Shown here piece by piece: positions 28,323 to 37,652 of a stretch of 51,412 nt of DNA. The notes beneath the pieces are model-generated. The model searched no databases and had not been told where the DNA came from. It was given only the letters and a program-made list of their open reading frames with translations. Made by a program: the position numbers and the translations under genes. Each line of letters starts with the position of its first letter. The stretch's first letter is position 1. The stretch comes from a virus (lineage: Duplodnaviria; Caudoviricetes): positions 1 through 51,412 of the IMG/VR virus record IMGVR_UViG_3300021579_000010; one strand, given 5' to 3'.

Positions 28323-28657
28323 TGAAAAGGGTAATTGCCATACTTGCTATAGCCTGGTTACGGGTTATCCACTTACCGGTAGTGCCGTTTGGTGCGTATC
28401 CTGATGTCAATAACTTCGTGTGGTTCTTTGCTGAATCGGTAATGTGGGTTCTGGCATCGCTGGAAATACACGACAGGTACAAAGGCAAATGGTGGAGCCG
28501 GTATCTTGTAACGCTTGCCATACTCGGTGTAGCTGACGAGATAGCAAAACCTTTCAGGACTGGTGGGTATTGGAATTATTGGATTTATGCTGTATCACTT
28601 ATTATAATTATCTATGACGTTAAGAATAGGAGAAATCCCACACGAGCAATTAGCTAA
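28322..28657 (+). CDS. Multi-pass membrane protein (holin/antiholin candidate)
   Basis: MKRVIAIL..., 3-4 hydrophobic helices; TAATG-coupled start. Confidence 0.6.
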   Translation: MKRVIAILAIAWLRVIHLPVVPFGAYPDVNNFVWFFAESVMWVLASLEIHDRYKGKWWSRYLVTLAILGVADEIAKPFRTGGYWNYWIYAVSLIIIIYDVKNRRNPTRAIS

Positions 28658-28892
28658 CATAGGTAATCACTTACTCACTGTTTTAGTGCTGTTCGGTGTT
28701 TCCCAAGTGTGGGTACATGACGCACACATTGCTTACAAAGTGATTGTCAGTTTGGTAGCTGGAGTTGGCTCATTTTTCTACACTTTAAACCAAGTATCAA
28801 TATACAAAAAAAATAATAAGACGAAAAACAAGCATACTACCAAAGCAGTAACTAACTTTAGGGGCAAAGACCCTAAAATTGATAACAGATAA
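28614..28892 (+). CDS. Two-TM membrane protein with basic tail (holin candidate)
   Basis: Two hydrophobic helices, Lys-rich C-terminus. Confidence 0.6.
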   Translation: MTLRIGEIPHEQLANIGNHLLTVLVLFGVSQVWVHDAHIAYKVIVSLVAGVGSFFYTLNQVSIYKKNNKTKNKHTTKAVTNFRGKDPKIDNR

Positions 28893-28971
28893 TACAGCTT
28901 TAGCAATATTGTTTTATGCCATAGCTGTAATTATAATCCTTAAAATATTCAAACGAGATGATGTACCATAA
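28879..28971 (+). CDS. 30-aa single-TM microprotein (not in ORF track)
   Basis: TTG start: MITDNTALAILFYAIAVIIILKIFKRDDVP; fills the intergenic gap. Confidence 0.35.
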   Translation: MITDNTALAILFYAIAVIIILKIFKRDDVP

Positions 28972-29284
28972 TGCCCTTTTATTCGTGTTCGGTGTAGCAG
29001 GTGTAGCCCTGCATAACCTGATTAAGATAAGCCAGCAAAAGAAAGCCACTGGCAAGTTCAATGTGGCAGATTACTATATCACCGAGTGGCCATCTATAGC
29101 CATATCATTTATTATCGTGAGCTTGGCTGTTGCCCTGAAGGGGGAGATAAAGCAGCTTGAAGCGGCGGGTGACTACCTAGGATTTGGCTTTGTGGCTATA
29201 GGCTATATGGGTCAAAGCCTATTCATCACAATACTTAATAAGGCAGCTAGCGCTGCCGGAGTTGACACTAAAACAGACCAATAA
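28958..29284 (+). CDS. Holin (three TM helices)
   Basis: Three hydrophobic helices, 'AIGYMGQS', lysis context. Confidence 0.7.
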   Translation: MMYHNALLFVFGVAGVALHNLIKISQQKKATGKFNVADYYITEWPSIAISFIIVSLAVALKGEIKQLEAAGDYLGFGFVAIGYMGQSLFITILNKAASAAGVDTKTDQ

Positions 29285-29561
29285 TGGATGTTCAAGAAAC
29301 ACGAGATGGGATACATGAGTATTTCAATTTGACCTATGCGAGTTACCTAGTTCTGCCTAGAACTGTACTGCAATCTATGCCTGATACGTGGCAAGCTGAT
29401 TTTGTGGAAATGCTTGAAAAAATACCACGCACGCTAGATTACACGGAGGTTGATAATTACAGGGTTATGGCAACAGATGCAAAAGGCAAATTTGTAAAAG
29501 ACGATTTAGCAAATTATCAAAGAGGTAGGAGAAAATTACCCACTAAAACTGACCAATAATG
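29266..29561 (+). repeat. 21-bp direct repeats CACTAAAAC(A/T)GACCAATAATG flanking ORF 29284..29559
   Basis: Copies at 29266-29286 and 29541-29561, one mismatch. Confidence 0.85.
29284..29559 (+). CDS. Conserved phage hypothetical protein
   Basis: 'IHEYFNLTYASYLVLPRTVLQSMP..WQ' motif familiar from other phages. Confidence 0.7.
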   Translation: MDVQETRDGIHEYFNLTYASYLVLPRTVLQSMPDTWQADFVEMLEKIPRTLDYTEVDNYRVMATDAKGKFVKDDLANYQRGRRKLPTKTDQ

Positions 29562-30143
29562 AGAATCTATCTTATAGCCATCCTGCTGGCACTTGCCTCG
29601 TGTAATGGATTACGGAGGCAGACACACAGGTTTGAGGTATTTCATGACCAGCACGACAGCTTGGCAGCTATGTACTGCGCCAAGTGGTATCCCACTACCA
29701 GTGACAGCTCACGCAAGGTGAAAGTTCTACCCGGTAAGATACTCCGCATACCTGGTAAGACTGTGTACGCTAACTGTGATTCAGCATACAGGGCTGCTCT
29801 TGCCAAGGCTAAACATGATGGTTCAGATGTAGTGGTGGTACCATCTGTAAAGGTGAAATCCCAAGACAGCTACAGGCAGAGGGATACCGTGCAGATACAT
29901 GATGAAGTAGTGACGGTGGATAATAAGCAACTAATAGCTTTGGCGTACCAGAAGAACCAGGAGATTGCGGCCAAGAACGCAGAAATAGAGAGATTAAATA
30001 TTCAGGCTGTCACATTTAAGACTAAGATGATGACTTACAGGAAAACGACATTTACGCTACTAGGGTTGCTGGTGCTTGCTATTGCAGGTACAATATTAGA
30101 ATTGAAGTATAAGCTGTCAACAAAAGTAAAAAGGCTGGTGTAG
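29559..30143 (+). CDS. Unimolecular spanin (u-spanin) candidate
   Basis: Lipobox LAS|C at the N-terminus plus C-terminal TM 'FTLLGLLVLAIAGTIL'; upstream of the endolysin. Confidence 0.75.
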   Translation: MRIYLIAILLALASCNGLRRQTHRFEVFHDQHDSLAAMYCAKWYPTTSDSSRKVKVLPGKILRIPGKTVYANCDSAYRAALAKAKHDGSDVVVVPSVKVKSQDSYRQRDTVQIHDEVVTVDNKQLIALAYQKNQEIAAKNAEIERLNIQAVTFKTKMMTYRKTTFTLLGLLVLAIAGTILELKYKLSTKVKRLV

Positions 30144-30194
30144 ACGCACCAACCCTCAAATCCTATTCGGCTCAAAAAAAATACAATTTTTTTT

Positions 30195-30659
30195 ATGAAA
30201 CCAAAAATTATTTCTGTAGCGGAAACACAAATAGGCATCCAAGAGGATGAAGCACACACTAACCGTGGTGAAGCTATTAAATACCAAAGAGCAGCAGGTC
30301 TAGGTGATGCTGGCGGTTACCCCTGGTGCCAATCCTTCATGGTATGGTGTGGACGTGAGGCATATGGTAAGGACAGTCCTATACCTAGAGTGGGTGGCGT
30401 ACTAGAGTGCCTCAGGCTCGCAAAAGATAAGGGTATCCCTATATCTAATATCCCCGTGATAGGCTCACAATTTATCATAGATGAAGGAGGCAGTAGGGGT
30501 CACACCGGATTAGTGGTTGCTATTGACGGTGATAGGCTGACCACTATTGAGGGCAATAGTAACCCACAAGGAGGCCGTGATGGCTACGCTGTGGTCCTGC
30601 AAACGAAAAGAAGGATAAAAGATATGAAGTGCTTTATAAACTATAATTATGTAGGTTAG
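30195..30659 (+). CDS. Endolysin, CHAP domain
   Basis: 'PWCQSF', 'GHTGLV', 'TIEGN'. Confidence 0.92.
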   Translation: MKPKIISVAETQIGIQEDEAHTNRGEAIKYQRAAGLGDAGGYPWCQSFMVWCGREAYGKDSPIPRVGGVLECLRLAKDKGIPISNIPVIGSQFIIDEGGSRGHTGLVVAIDGDRLTTIEGNSNPQGGRDGYAVVLQTKRRIKDMKCFINYNYVG

Positions 30660-30694
30660 TAGAACCTGTTCCCAGGCTCTTTGGTGTGAACGAG

Positions 30695-30722
30695 AACCCT
30701 GTCCTAGTGGCAGGGTTTTTTC
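30695..30722 (+). terminator. Intrinsic terminator ending the late operon
   Basis: AACCCTGTC-CTAGT-GGCAGGGTT plus T-tract. Confidence 0.85.
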
Positions 30723-30792
30723 ATTTTCAGCAACTTACACTTTATATAAACAAATATACCAAAATAACTTGTTTAATTCAAAAAGGTTACGC

Positions 30793-30800
30793 TACATTTG
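30793..30800 (+). promoter_or_regulatory. -7 promoter element TACATTTG of the replication operon
   Basis: TAnnTTTG match 24 nt upstream of ATG 30825. Confidence 0.6.
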
Positions 30801-30824
30801 TGACGTACAAAACATCCGTATAAA

Positions 30825-31043
30825 ATGGACGCTGAATTAAAAGCACAAGAGTTAGGTAAACAGCTTAAAGAACTAAAAGACCAATGGCCTTATGAAGAGC
30901 GATTGAAATTTGCTCTAGAGAATGGCTATAACGAGGGTACACTCCGAAAATATTATTTCACAGGAAAGCCTGTTAACAACATTCCTACAGCAGAGAAAAT
31001 GCTGGCAACTATTAATGCATACCTAAGCCTTGTGAACGTATGA
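30825..31043 (+). CDS. Putative Cro-like HTH regulator
   Basis: 'RLKFALENGYNEGTLRKYYFTG'; first gene of the operon. Confidence 0.55.
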   Translation: MDAELKAQELGKQLKELKDQWPYEERLKFALENGYNEGTLRKYYFTGKPVNNIPTAEKMLATINAYLSLVNV

Positions 31044-31156
31044 GCCACACTGAAAAAGTTATACTTGGGATATTCTTTGCCCTTGTATTATCCTTTGTAT
31101 CAATTTTCTTGTATCTAATAATATCAGTACATGGCAACGATAAAAGTACACACTGA
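31040..31156 (+). CDS. 38-aa membrane microprotein (not in ORF track)
   Basis: MSHTEKVILGIFFALVLSFVSIFLYLIISVHGNDKSTH; ATGA overlap. Confidence 0.55.
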   Translation: MSHTEKVILGIFFALVLSFVSIFLYLIISVHGNDKSTH

Positions 31157-31340
31157 GGTTACCTTAAGCACTGCTGACATAGCAAACGCTATTCTATCCA
31201 TGCCTCAATACGAAATTGCCTCTATGTTCAACATCATTGGCTCTAAAATGGATGATGAAGCAAAGCAGAAATTTAAGTATTCTGCTAAATCAGGAATACT
31301 CAATTTATATGGTAAGGAGTTCCTGGAATTACTAAAATAA
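31131..31340 (+). CDS. Hypothetical protein
   Basis: 69 aa in operon. Confidence 0.6.
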   Translation: MATIKVHTEVTLSTADIANAILSMPQYEIASMFNIIGSKMDDEAKQKFKYSAKSGILNLYGKEFLELLK

Positions 31341-31371
31341 GTTTTTTTTCTTAACCAAAAACAAATATCCA

Positions 31372-31788
31372 ATGACTTGGAAATTAGAAATCGTGGGTGA
31401 ATCACCCACCGAGTTACTGTCGCTGTTAAGCAACTATGCAGCCGCAGGTACACCAACCATCGCACTAAATTCTTCTGGCGGTGATATGGCAAAACGAAAA
31501 GCTATAGAAGCTATAGAGCCTAAGCCACAGGTGAAAGCTGACGCTCCGAAACCGGAACCAGCTAAAGCAGTAGAACTGCTTGTAGGAACTGCCAAGACAG
31601 AGGCGCCTAAGACAGCCAAAGTGATAACCTCAGAGGATTGCGTATCGCTTTACATGGCTAAAAAAGCAAGTGGTGTAACACCTGCTACTGTAAAAACTTT
31701 AGCACAGAAACACGGTAGCCCTGAGGGTATCAGCAAGATACCTGCTGCCAATCTTGCTGCGTTCTACGAAGAACTAAATTCCCTGTAA
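31372..31788 (+). CDS. Conserved protein preceding DUF2800 in APSE-like replication modules
   Basis: PAK-rich linker and C-terminal 'VKTLAQKHG..ISKIP' helical domain. Confidence 0.7.
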   Translation: MTWKLEIVGESPTELLSLLSNYAAAGTPTIALNSSGGDMAKRKAIEAIEPKPQVKADAPKPEPAKAVELLVGTAKTEAPKTAKVITSEDCVSLYMAKKASGVTPATVKTLAQKHGSPEGISKIPAANLAAFYEELNSL

Positions 31789-31790
31789 CC

Positions 31791-32999
31791 ATGGGAGATG
31801 TAGCAGCACACTCCGTACTAAGCCCCTCGTCCTCTAAGAGGTGGCTTGCTTGTACACCAAGTGCAAGGTTTGAGCAGCAGTTCCCTAACACGGAATCAGA
31901 TGCAGCAGCCGAGGGTACACTTGCACACGCACTGGCAGAGATAAGCCTTAAACTGCTTACCAACAAGATACAGCACAGCCTGTATGAGATTAAACGTGAA
32001 ACCCTGCTTAAAGAGGATGCAGGTAAGTTCCACAGTCCTGAAATGGATGCCTATGTAGCAGGGTATGTGAATTATGTGTATGAGCAATTCAGTAGTAGCA
32101 TTGGTACTGCGGAGGTCTTAATCGAGCAGAAAATTGACATCAGTGATTTCATACCTGAATGCTCTGGTATACTTGACGCTGCTGTATTCAATAAAGTATT
32201 CTTATACATTAATGATTTGAAATATGGTAAAGGTGTTGAGGTATCCGCAATAGAGAACACTCAGCTTATGGCTTATGCAGCAGGTCTTATAAAAAGTAAG
32301 AATTTAACACCCGATGTAGTAGTGTTAAACATATACCAGCCTAGGATGAACAATATTAGTCAATGGTGTATTTCCGTAGCTGACTTAAACAAGTGGGTAA
32401 CTGAAACACTGGTGCCTAAAGCTGAGGAAGCCTTTATGGGTGATGGTGAGTTTACTCCCGGTGACCACTGCTTATTCTGTAGGGCGAGGAACGTATGCAG
32501 GGCTAATGCTGACTTTATGCTACAGGATTTGCTCAATGACTTTATGGACCCGATAGCAGAGGACGGTTTAGCAGATTTAGCAAAGCCTCACACTTTGACA
32601 CCTGATGAAATATCAGTAATACTGCTCAAAGCACCTTCTGTTATCAAATGGCTAAACAGTGTCCAGGAGTACGCACTCACACAAGCCCTTGCAGCAGGTG
32701 TGGAGTGGCCAGGGTTCAAGTTGGTTAACGGGCGTACTAAGCGGGTCATCACTGACCCCGCGTATGTAGCAGACTACCTTGAAATGGATGGCTACCCTGA
32801 AGATGCCTATTTTAACAAAGACCTTAAATCCCTGACTGACCTACAAAAGCTGGTAGGTGGTCAAAAGAAGTTCGATGAACTATTTAAAAACCAAATCAGT
32901 AAATCAGCAGGTAAGCCGACACTCGTACCTGTTGAGGATAAACGTGAAGTGTTCAACAGCGCACTGACTGATTTCAGTGATGAAATAAACTTTGAATAA
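31791..32999 (+). CDS. DUF2800 PD-(D/E)XK (Cas4-like) nuclease
   Basis: 'HSVLSPSSSKRWLAC', 'EGTLAH', 'DLKYGKG', 'HCLFC..C'. Confidence 0.92.
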   Translation: MGDVAAHSVLSPSSSKRWLACTPSARFEQQFPNTESDAAAEGTLAHALAEISLKLLTNKIQHSLYEIKRETLLKEDAGKFHSPEMDAYVAGYVNYVYEQFSSSIGTAEVLIEQKIDISDFIPECSGILDAAVFNKVFLYINDLKYGKGVEVSAIENTQLMAYAAGLIKSKNLTPDVVVLNIYQPRMNNISQWCISVADLNKWVTETLVPKAEEAFMGDGEFTPGDHCLFCRARNVCRANADFMLQDLLNDFMDPIAEDGLADLAKPHTLTPDEISVILLKAPSVIKWLNSVQEYALTQALAAGVEWPGFKLVNGRTKRVITDPAYVADYLEMDGYPEDAYFNKDLKSLTDLQKLVGGQKKFDELFKNQISKSAGKPTLVPVEDKREVFNSALTDFSDEINFE

Positions 33000-33547
33000 T
33001 GGCAAAAGTAATGACGGGCAAGATACGCCTAAGCTACTTCCACGGATTTGAGCCGCATAGCACCGAGGAAGGTAAGGAGAAAAAATACTCCACGGCAATC
33101 CTGATTCCAAAAACAGACACAAAAACAGTCGATGCCATCCGCAAAGCTGTTGAAGAAGCCAAGGAAGAAGGTAAGACAAAATGCTGGAATGGAAAGATAC
33201 CACCAGCAGCTAAGTTGAAGTTACCACTCCGTGACGGTGACGAGGAAAAACCTGATGACCCCAACTACGCAGGTATGTGGTTTATGAATTGCAGCAGCAA
33301 GGATAAACCGGGTATGATTGACCAGGGTAGGAAGCAAATCACTGACCCCAAGGAACTGAAATCAGGTGACTATGCCCGTATCACTATGAACTTGTATCCA
33401 TTCAATACCTCTGGTAATATGGGTGTAGGTGCTGGCTTGAATAACATACAGAAGTGGGCTACTGGTCCTGCTCTAGGTGGTGGAGGCGTAAGCGCAGAAG
33501 AGGACTTTGACGAGTTGATGGTTGATGACGAAGATGATGCACTTTAA
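32999..33547 (+). CDS. DUF2815 ssDNA-binding protein
   Basis: 'RLSY', 'KYS..ILIPK', 'PLRDGD', 'GLNNIQ', acidic tail. Confidence 0.92.
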   Translation: MAKVMTGKIRLSYFHGFEPHSTEEGKEKKYSTAILIPKTDTKTVDAIRKAVEEAKEEGKTKCWNGKIPPAAKLKLPLRDGDEEKPDDPNYAGMWFMNCSSKDKPGMIDQGRKQITDPKELKSGDYARITMNLYPFNTSGNMGVGAGLNNIQKWATGPALGGGGVSAEEDFDELMVDDEDDAL

Positions 33548-33552
33548 TTAAC

Positions 33553-33648
33553 TAAAGCAAGGGGATAACAGGCAGTAGTTACAAACATTTAACTTTTGAC
33601 TGTGGGTTTGAGGGAACCCGTAATTGACTGTACTGGCCCCTAGCTTTA
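33553..33648 (+). ncRNA. Putative structured intergenic RNA (nested stems)
   Basis: TAAAGC-AGGGG/CCCCT-GCTTTA outer stem; GCAGT-AGTTAC/GTAATT-ACTGT inner stem; GGGTT/AACCC hairpin. Confidence 0.45.
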
Positions 33649-33663
33649 TAAAATTCACACCAA

Positions 33664-35010
33664 ATGAGCAAGATACAGCGAATTAACCTGGTCAACTGTA
33701 AGTCCATTAATGCTATGGATGTTGATTTCAGAGGACTTACTGCCATCGTAACTGGTGGCAACGGTAAGGGCAAAAGTACGTTACTCAGGGGCTTACCTGA
33801 TGCCATACGTGGCAACAAGCCGGAGATAATACTGAAGGAGAACACCAACGAAGGGAAAGGCACTATGTGGCTTACTACCGGTGAACGCTTTGAGTGGGTG
33901 TTTGATGATACTGGCACCGACAAGCTGACCTACTTCACTAAAGAAGGTGTCAAGAGTAAGGTCACCAAGGAACTAGGGGCTAAGTTCTTTCCTGAAACCT
34001 TTGATATTGATAAGTTCCTGCGTCAGTCAGCTTTGGAACAATCCAAGACCCTACAGAAGGTACTCGGTATTGACCTGACAGCCTCGGATAAGGAATTAGC
34101 TGATGCCATTGAGAACAGGAAAGTAGCCAAGCGTGACCTTACTGATGCTAAGGCAAAGCTAACAGCAATGGGTACACCTGAGAAGGTTGACTTCGTGGTA
34201 CTTACAGACCTGCAAGCTGAGAAAGAGGGCATCAGGACAAAACTGAATAACCTGTACCTCGAAAATGTAAAGGCTAATAAAGAGGCACTGTCACGATGGG
34301 AGATGGCTAAGATTGAGGTGGATGAAGAGGTGGCAGAATATAATTCGGCAGCAAAGGACTTTGAGGTAAAGAGCTTAGCACTTAAAGTATCCTTGGGTAT
34401 CCTACGTGCATTTAATTACCCTGCTTTAGATATGCTGGATAGGTTCATACAGGATAATCATAAATTCCCAGAACAAGAGTTTAAGTACCCCGAAAAGCCT
34501 ACTCCAATAGAGGAACGTCCTGATGATGCTGAACTGGTAGCTATTGATGCTAAGATTCTCAAAGCCAGCGAGATAAACACCAAGGCTCAGGCGTATATAG
34601 ATTTCAGAAAGCAGGAAGAATGTGTTGAAACACTGTGGTTAGATGTAGAGAGCTATGAACGTAAGGTGACCGAAATTCGTAACAAACGCAATGAGATACT
34701 AAAGGGTGTCACTTTACCTGAGGGCTTGGAGTTCACTGATGAAGGGCTTACCTTCAATGGCTTGTCACTTGGTAAGATGCAGCAGAGTTCAAGCGAGCTT
34801 ATGATTATCGCTTTGGAACTGGCGTACATGAACCTTGGAGCAGTGAAAACCTTATACTTCGATGCCACCCTGCTTGACCGCAATAACCTTATACGGATAC
34901 AGGAGTGGGCAGACCAACGTGACTTACAGCTACTCATAGAGCGTGTAGACTTTGACGGTGGCGAGATACAGTACGAGTTAGTTGAGAACGAGATTGATGA
35001 TGCACTATAA
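33664..35010 (+). CDS. SMC/Rad50-like AAA ATPase
   Basis: Walker A 'GGNGKGKST', long coiled coil, C-terminal ABC-like half. Confidence 0.85.
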   Translation: MSKIQRINLVNCKSINAMDVDFRGLTAIVTGGNGKGKSTLLRGLPDAIRGNKPEIILKENTNEGKGTMWLTTGERFEWVFDDTGTDKLTYFTKEGVKSKVTKELGAKFFPETFDIDKFLRQSALEQSKTLQKVLGIDLTASDKELADAIENRKVAKRDLTDAKAKLTAMGTPEKVDFVVLTDLQAEKEGIRTKLNNLYLENVKANKEALSRWEMAKIEVDEEVAEYNSAAKDFEVKSLALKVSLGILRAFNYPALDMLDRFIQDNHKFPEQEFKYPEKPTPIEERPDDAELVAIDAKILKASEINTKAQAYIDFRKQEECVETLWLDVESYERKVTEIRNKRNEILKGVTLPEGLEFTDEGLTFNGLSLGKMQQSSSELMIIALELAYMNLGAVKTLYFDATLLDRNNLIRIQEWADQRDLQLLIERVDFDGGEIQYELVENEIDDAL

Positions 35011-35020
35011 TTAAAGTCAG

Positions 35021-35045
35021 AACCCGCCCTAGCAAGGCGGGATTT
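35021..35045 (+). terminator. Hairpin CCCGCC-CTAGCAA-GGCGGG; weak terminator or processing site
   Basis: 6-bp GC stem, short U-tract. Confidence 0.4.
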
Positions 35046-35062
35046 GGCGGCAAAACGAGTTT

Positions 35063-35245
35063 ATGGCAGTTAAATTAACAGACGAATCATTGATGCCTTT
35101 TGGAGCATTCAAGGGAAAGAAATTAGCCAACGTACCTGATAAATCTTTATTGTGGTACTGGAATCAGACTTGGTTTGACAAGACATCTCCAATAGGTCTA
35201 TACATCGCTGAAAACCTTGATGCTATTAAGAAAAATTGTTCATAA
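35063..35245 (+). CDS. ExoX C-terminal-like (DUF3820-like) small protein
   Basis: 'MPFGAFKGKKLANVP..LLW'. Confidence 0.8.
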   Translation: MAVKLTDESLMPFGAFKGKKLANVPDKSLLWYWNQTWFDKTSPIGLYIAENLDAIKKNCS

Positions 35246-37227
35246 TGACAATTAGCATAGATATAGAAACGTACAGCAGCGTTGACCTTAAAAAGTCAGG
35301 CGTGTATAAGTACACCGAAGCCGAGGACTTCGAGATTCTGCTCATAGCCGTGGACTATGGTAAGGGTTCTGTGTGTTGGGATTTAACACCTTTTACTGAT
35401 GAAAAATTTCAAGATGACACTGATTACTTTAGTGCGAAATATGGTGGCTTGGAGGATTTCCTTGATGGCTTCATCACTGACCTGCAAGACCCCAACATCA
35501 CTAAGACAGCGCACAATGCCGCTTTCGAGCGTACTTGTTTAGCTGCTTTCTTTAAAATAGAATTACCACCTGAGCAGTGGCAATGTACTATGGTGAAGTG
35601 CAGCAACCTTGGATTACCGATGTCGTTAGGTGCTGTTGCCAAGGTGCTTGGTACTGAGCAGAAGGGTGCCGGTACTGCTCTTATCAACTACTTCTGTAAG
35701 CCCTGCAAACCTACAAAGATTAACGGTGGCAGGACACGTAACTATCCACATCATGCACCAGCTAGGTGGGCTGAGTTCGTGGAGTACTGTACACAGGACG
35801 TGGTGGCGGAGAAAGCCATAAGGGAGAAGTTAGAATGGTTCCAAATACCCGACTTTGAGCATGAACTGTGGTGTCTGGACCAGCGTATCAATGATGCGGG
35901 TATCCTTATGGATATGCAGCTTATCCACAATGCTTTAACCATCAATGCAGAGTACCGCAGCAAGCTGGTGGCAGAGGCAATAGCACTCACTGGATTAGCT
36001 AACCCGAATAGTAACGCACAACTTATGTCGTGGCTAAATGAAGAACAGGATGAGGAGGTTACAACACTCCGTAAGGGTGATGTGGTGAACCTGATAAAAG
36101 GTGCTACTGATGATACTGTGAAACGTGTGCTGACCATAAGGAAAGAGCTAAGCCGTACTTCAGTGAAGAAGTATGTAGCCATGGTCAATTGCGCTTGTAA
36201 GGACAACAGGGCCAGGGGGCTATTCCAATTTTACGGTGCAAGCCGTACTGGTAGGTGGGCTGGTAGGCTGGTGCAGATGCAGAACCTTACAAAGTGGACT
36301 TTTGGAGAGGACTTAGAAGTGATGCAGCTAGCACGTGATATGGTGCTTGACAACAACCTTGAAGATTTAGAACTGTGTTTTGGTAATGTCATAGACGTGC
36401 TTTCAGGGCTTATCAGGACAGCTTTCATAGTACCTGAAGGACAGCACTGGATAGTAGCGGATTTCAGCTCTATTGAGGCTAGGGTGATAGCTTGGCTGGC
36501 AAACGAGAAGTGGCGGCTTGACGTATTCAATACACACGGTAAGATTTATGAGGCATCAGCAGCAGCCATGTTCCACGTACCAATTGATGCAGTGACCAAG
36601 GACATGAGGCAGAGGGGGAAAGTTGCAGAACTTGCACTCGGTTACCAGGGCGGTGCTAAAGCACTTATATCTATGGGCGCACTGGAAAAGGGTATTGCTG
36701 AAAAGGATTTGCCCGGTATCGTTACAGCCTGGCGCAAGGCATCACCAAACATTGTGCAGATGTGGTATGATTTTCAGGATTGCGCTGTAAGGGCTATAGA
36801 AGAAGGTGGTGAGTTCTCTCCTTGCAAAGGTGTTAAGTTCTTTAAGAAAAGAGGTATCCTGTTTATGCAGTTGCCATCAGGCAGGTGTTTAAGCTACATG
36901 AGGGCACATACGGAAGATGGCATGTACGGCAGGGAGGTGAGATTTGAGGGTGTGCTGGAAAACACACAATGGGGTATTATTAAGACGTATGGCGGTTCAT
37001 TAGTGGAGAACGCTACACAGGCCATAGCCCGTGACTGCCTCGCCTATACAATGCTCAACGTGGCTAAGGCTGGACACAACATTGCCTTACATGTGCATGA
37101 CGAGGTAGGTGTACCGGGTACAGCATCTCTTGAAGAGCTTTGCAATATAATGACACAGCCTGCACCATGGGCTAAGGGATTGCCTCTAGGGGCAGATGGT
37201 TTCACAAGTAAATTTTATAAGAAATAA
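35245..37227 (+). CDS. polA: DNA polymerase, family A (APSE-like) with 3'-5' exonuclease
   Basis: 'DIETYS', 'HNAAFER', 'TGRWAG', 'DFSSIEARV', 'RQRGKVAELALGY', 'HVHDE'. Confidence 0.95.
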   Translation: MTISIDIETYSSVDLKKSGVYKYTEAEDFEILLIAVDYGKGSVCWDLTPFTDEKFQDDTDYFSAKYGGLEDFLDGFITDLQDPNITKTAHNAAFERTCLAAFFKIELPPEQWQCTMVKCSNLGLPMSLGAVAKVLGTEQKGAGTALINYFCKPCKPTKINGGRTRNYPHHAPARWAEFVEYCTQDVVAEKAIREKLEWFQIPDFEHELWCLDQRINDAGILMDMQLIHNALTINAEYRSKLVAEAIALTGLANPNSNAQLMSWLNEEQDEEVTTLRKGDVVNLIKGATDDTVKRVLTIRKELSRTSVKKYVAMVNCACKDNRARGLFQFYGASRTGRWAGRLVQMQNLTKWTFGEDLEVMQLARDMVLDNNLEDLELCFGNVIDVLSGLIRTAFIVPEGQHWIVADFSSIEARVIAWLANEKWRLDVFNTHGKIYEASAAAMFHVPIDAVTKDMRQRGKVAELALGYQGGAKALISMGALEKGIAEKDLPGIVTAWRKASPNIVQMWYDFQDCAVRAIEEGGEFSPCKGVKFFKKRGILFMQLPSGRCLSYMRAHTEDGMYGREVRFEGVLENTQWGIIKTYGGSLVENATQAIARDCLAYTMLNVAKAGHNIALHVHDEVGVPGTASLEELCNIMTQPAPWAKGLPLGADGFTSKFYKK

Positions 37228-37328
37228 CTGAAGTATACCGAGAGGTACGAAATACCGCCAGACCCAGAGGTGGAGAAGTTCTGGGAAAAACCAATTACAA
37301 ACTTAAACGAGGAATGTCCTTTTTAATT

Positions 37329-37652
37329 ATGAAACGAATTTACATTAGTGGTAAGATTACCGGGTTGCCGATAGAACAGGCAAAAGCTAACTTCAAGGAA
37401 ATGGAGGACAAGCTAAGTGTGGCGGGGTATGAAGCTGTAAACCCCTTTGTGGTTATGCCCTATAAACCCGAAGCAACTTGGGCAGATTACATGCTCGCTG
37501 ACATAGCTGCGTTGTTTAAGTGCGAAGCTATAGTGATGCTACCTGACTGGAATGAGAGCAGAGGGGCTAAGATTGAACACGATATAGCCTTGCATATGGG
37601 TTTACCTATTTACTACTCTAACATGCATCACCACTTAATAGCCGACCTATGA
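37329..37652 (+). CDS. DUF4406 / nucleoside deoxyribosyltransferase-like protein
   Basis: 'IYISGKITG', 'W.ESRGAKIEH'. Confidence 0.85.
   Translation: MKRIYISGKITGLPIEQAKANFKEMEDKLSVAGYEAVNPFVVMPYKPEATWADYMLADIAALFKCEAIVMLPDWNESRGAKIEHDIALHMGLPIYYSNMHHHLIADL

Noticed and set aside
33570-33632. tRNA gene (GGGTTTGA resembles a T-arm)
   Set aside because: No cloverleaf, D-arm or canonical TTCGA; kept only as a generic structured RNA candidate.
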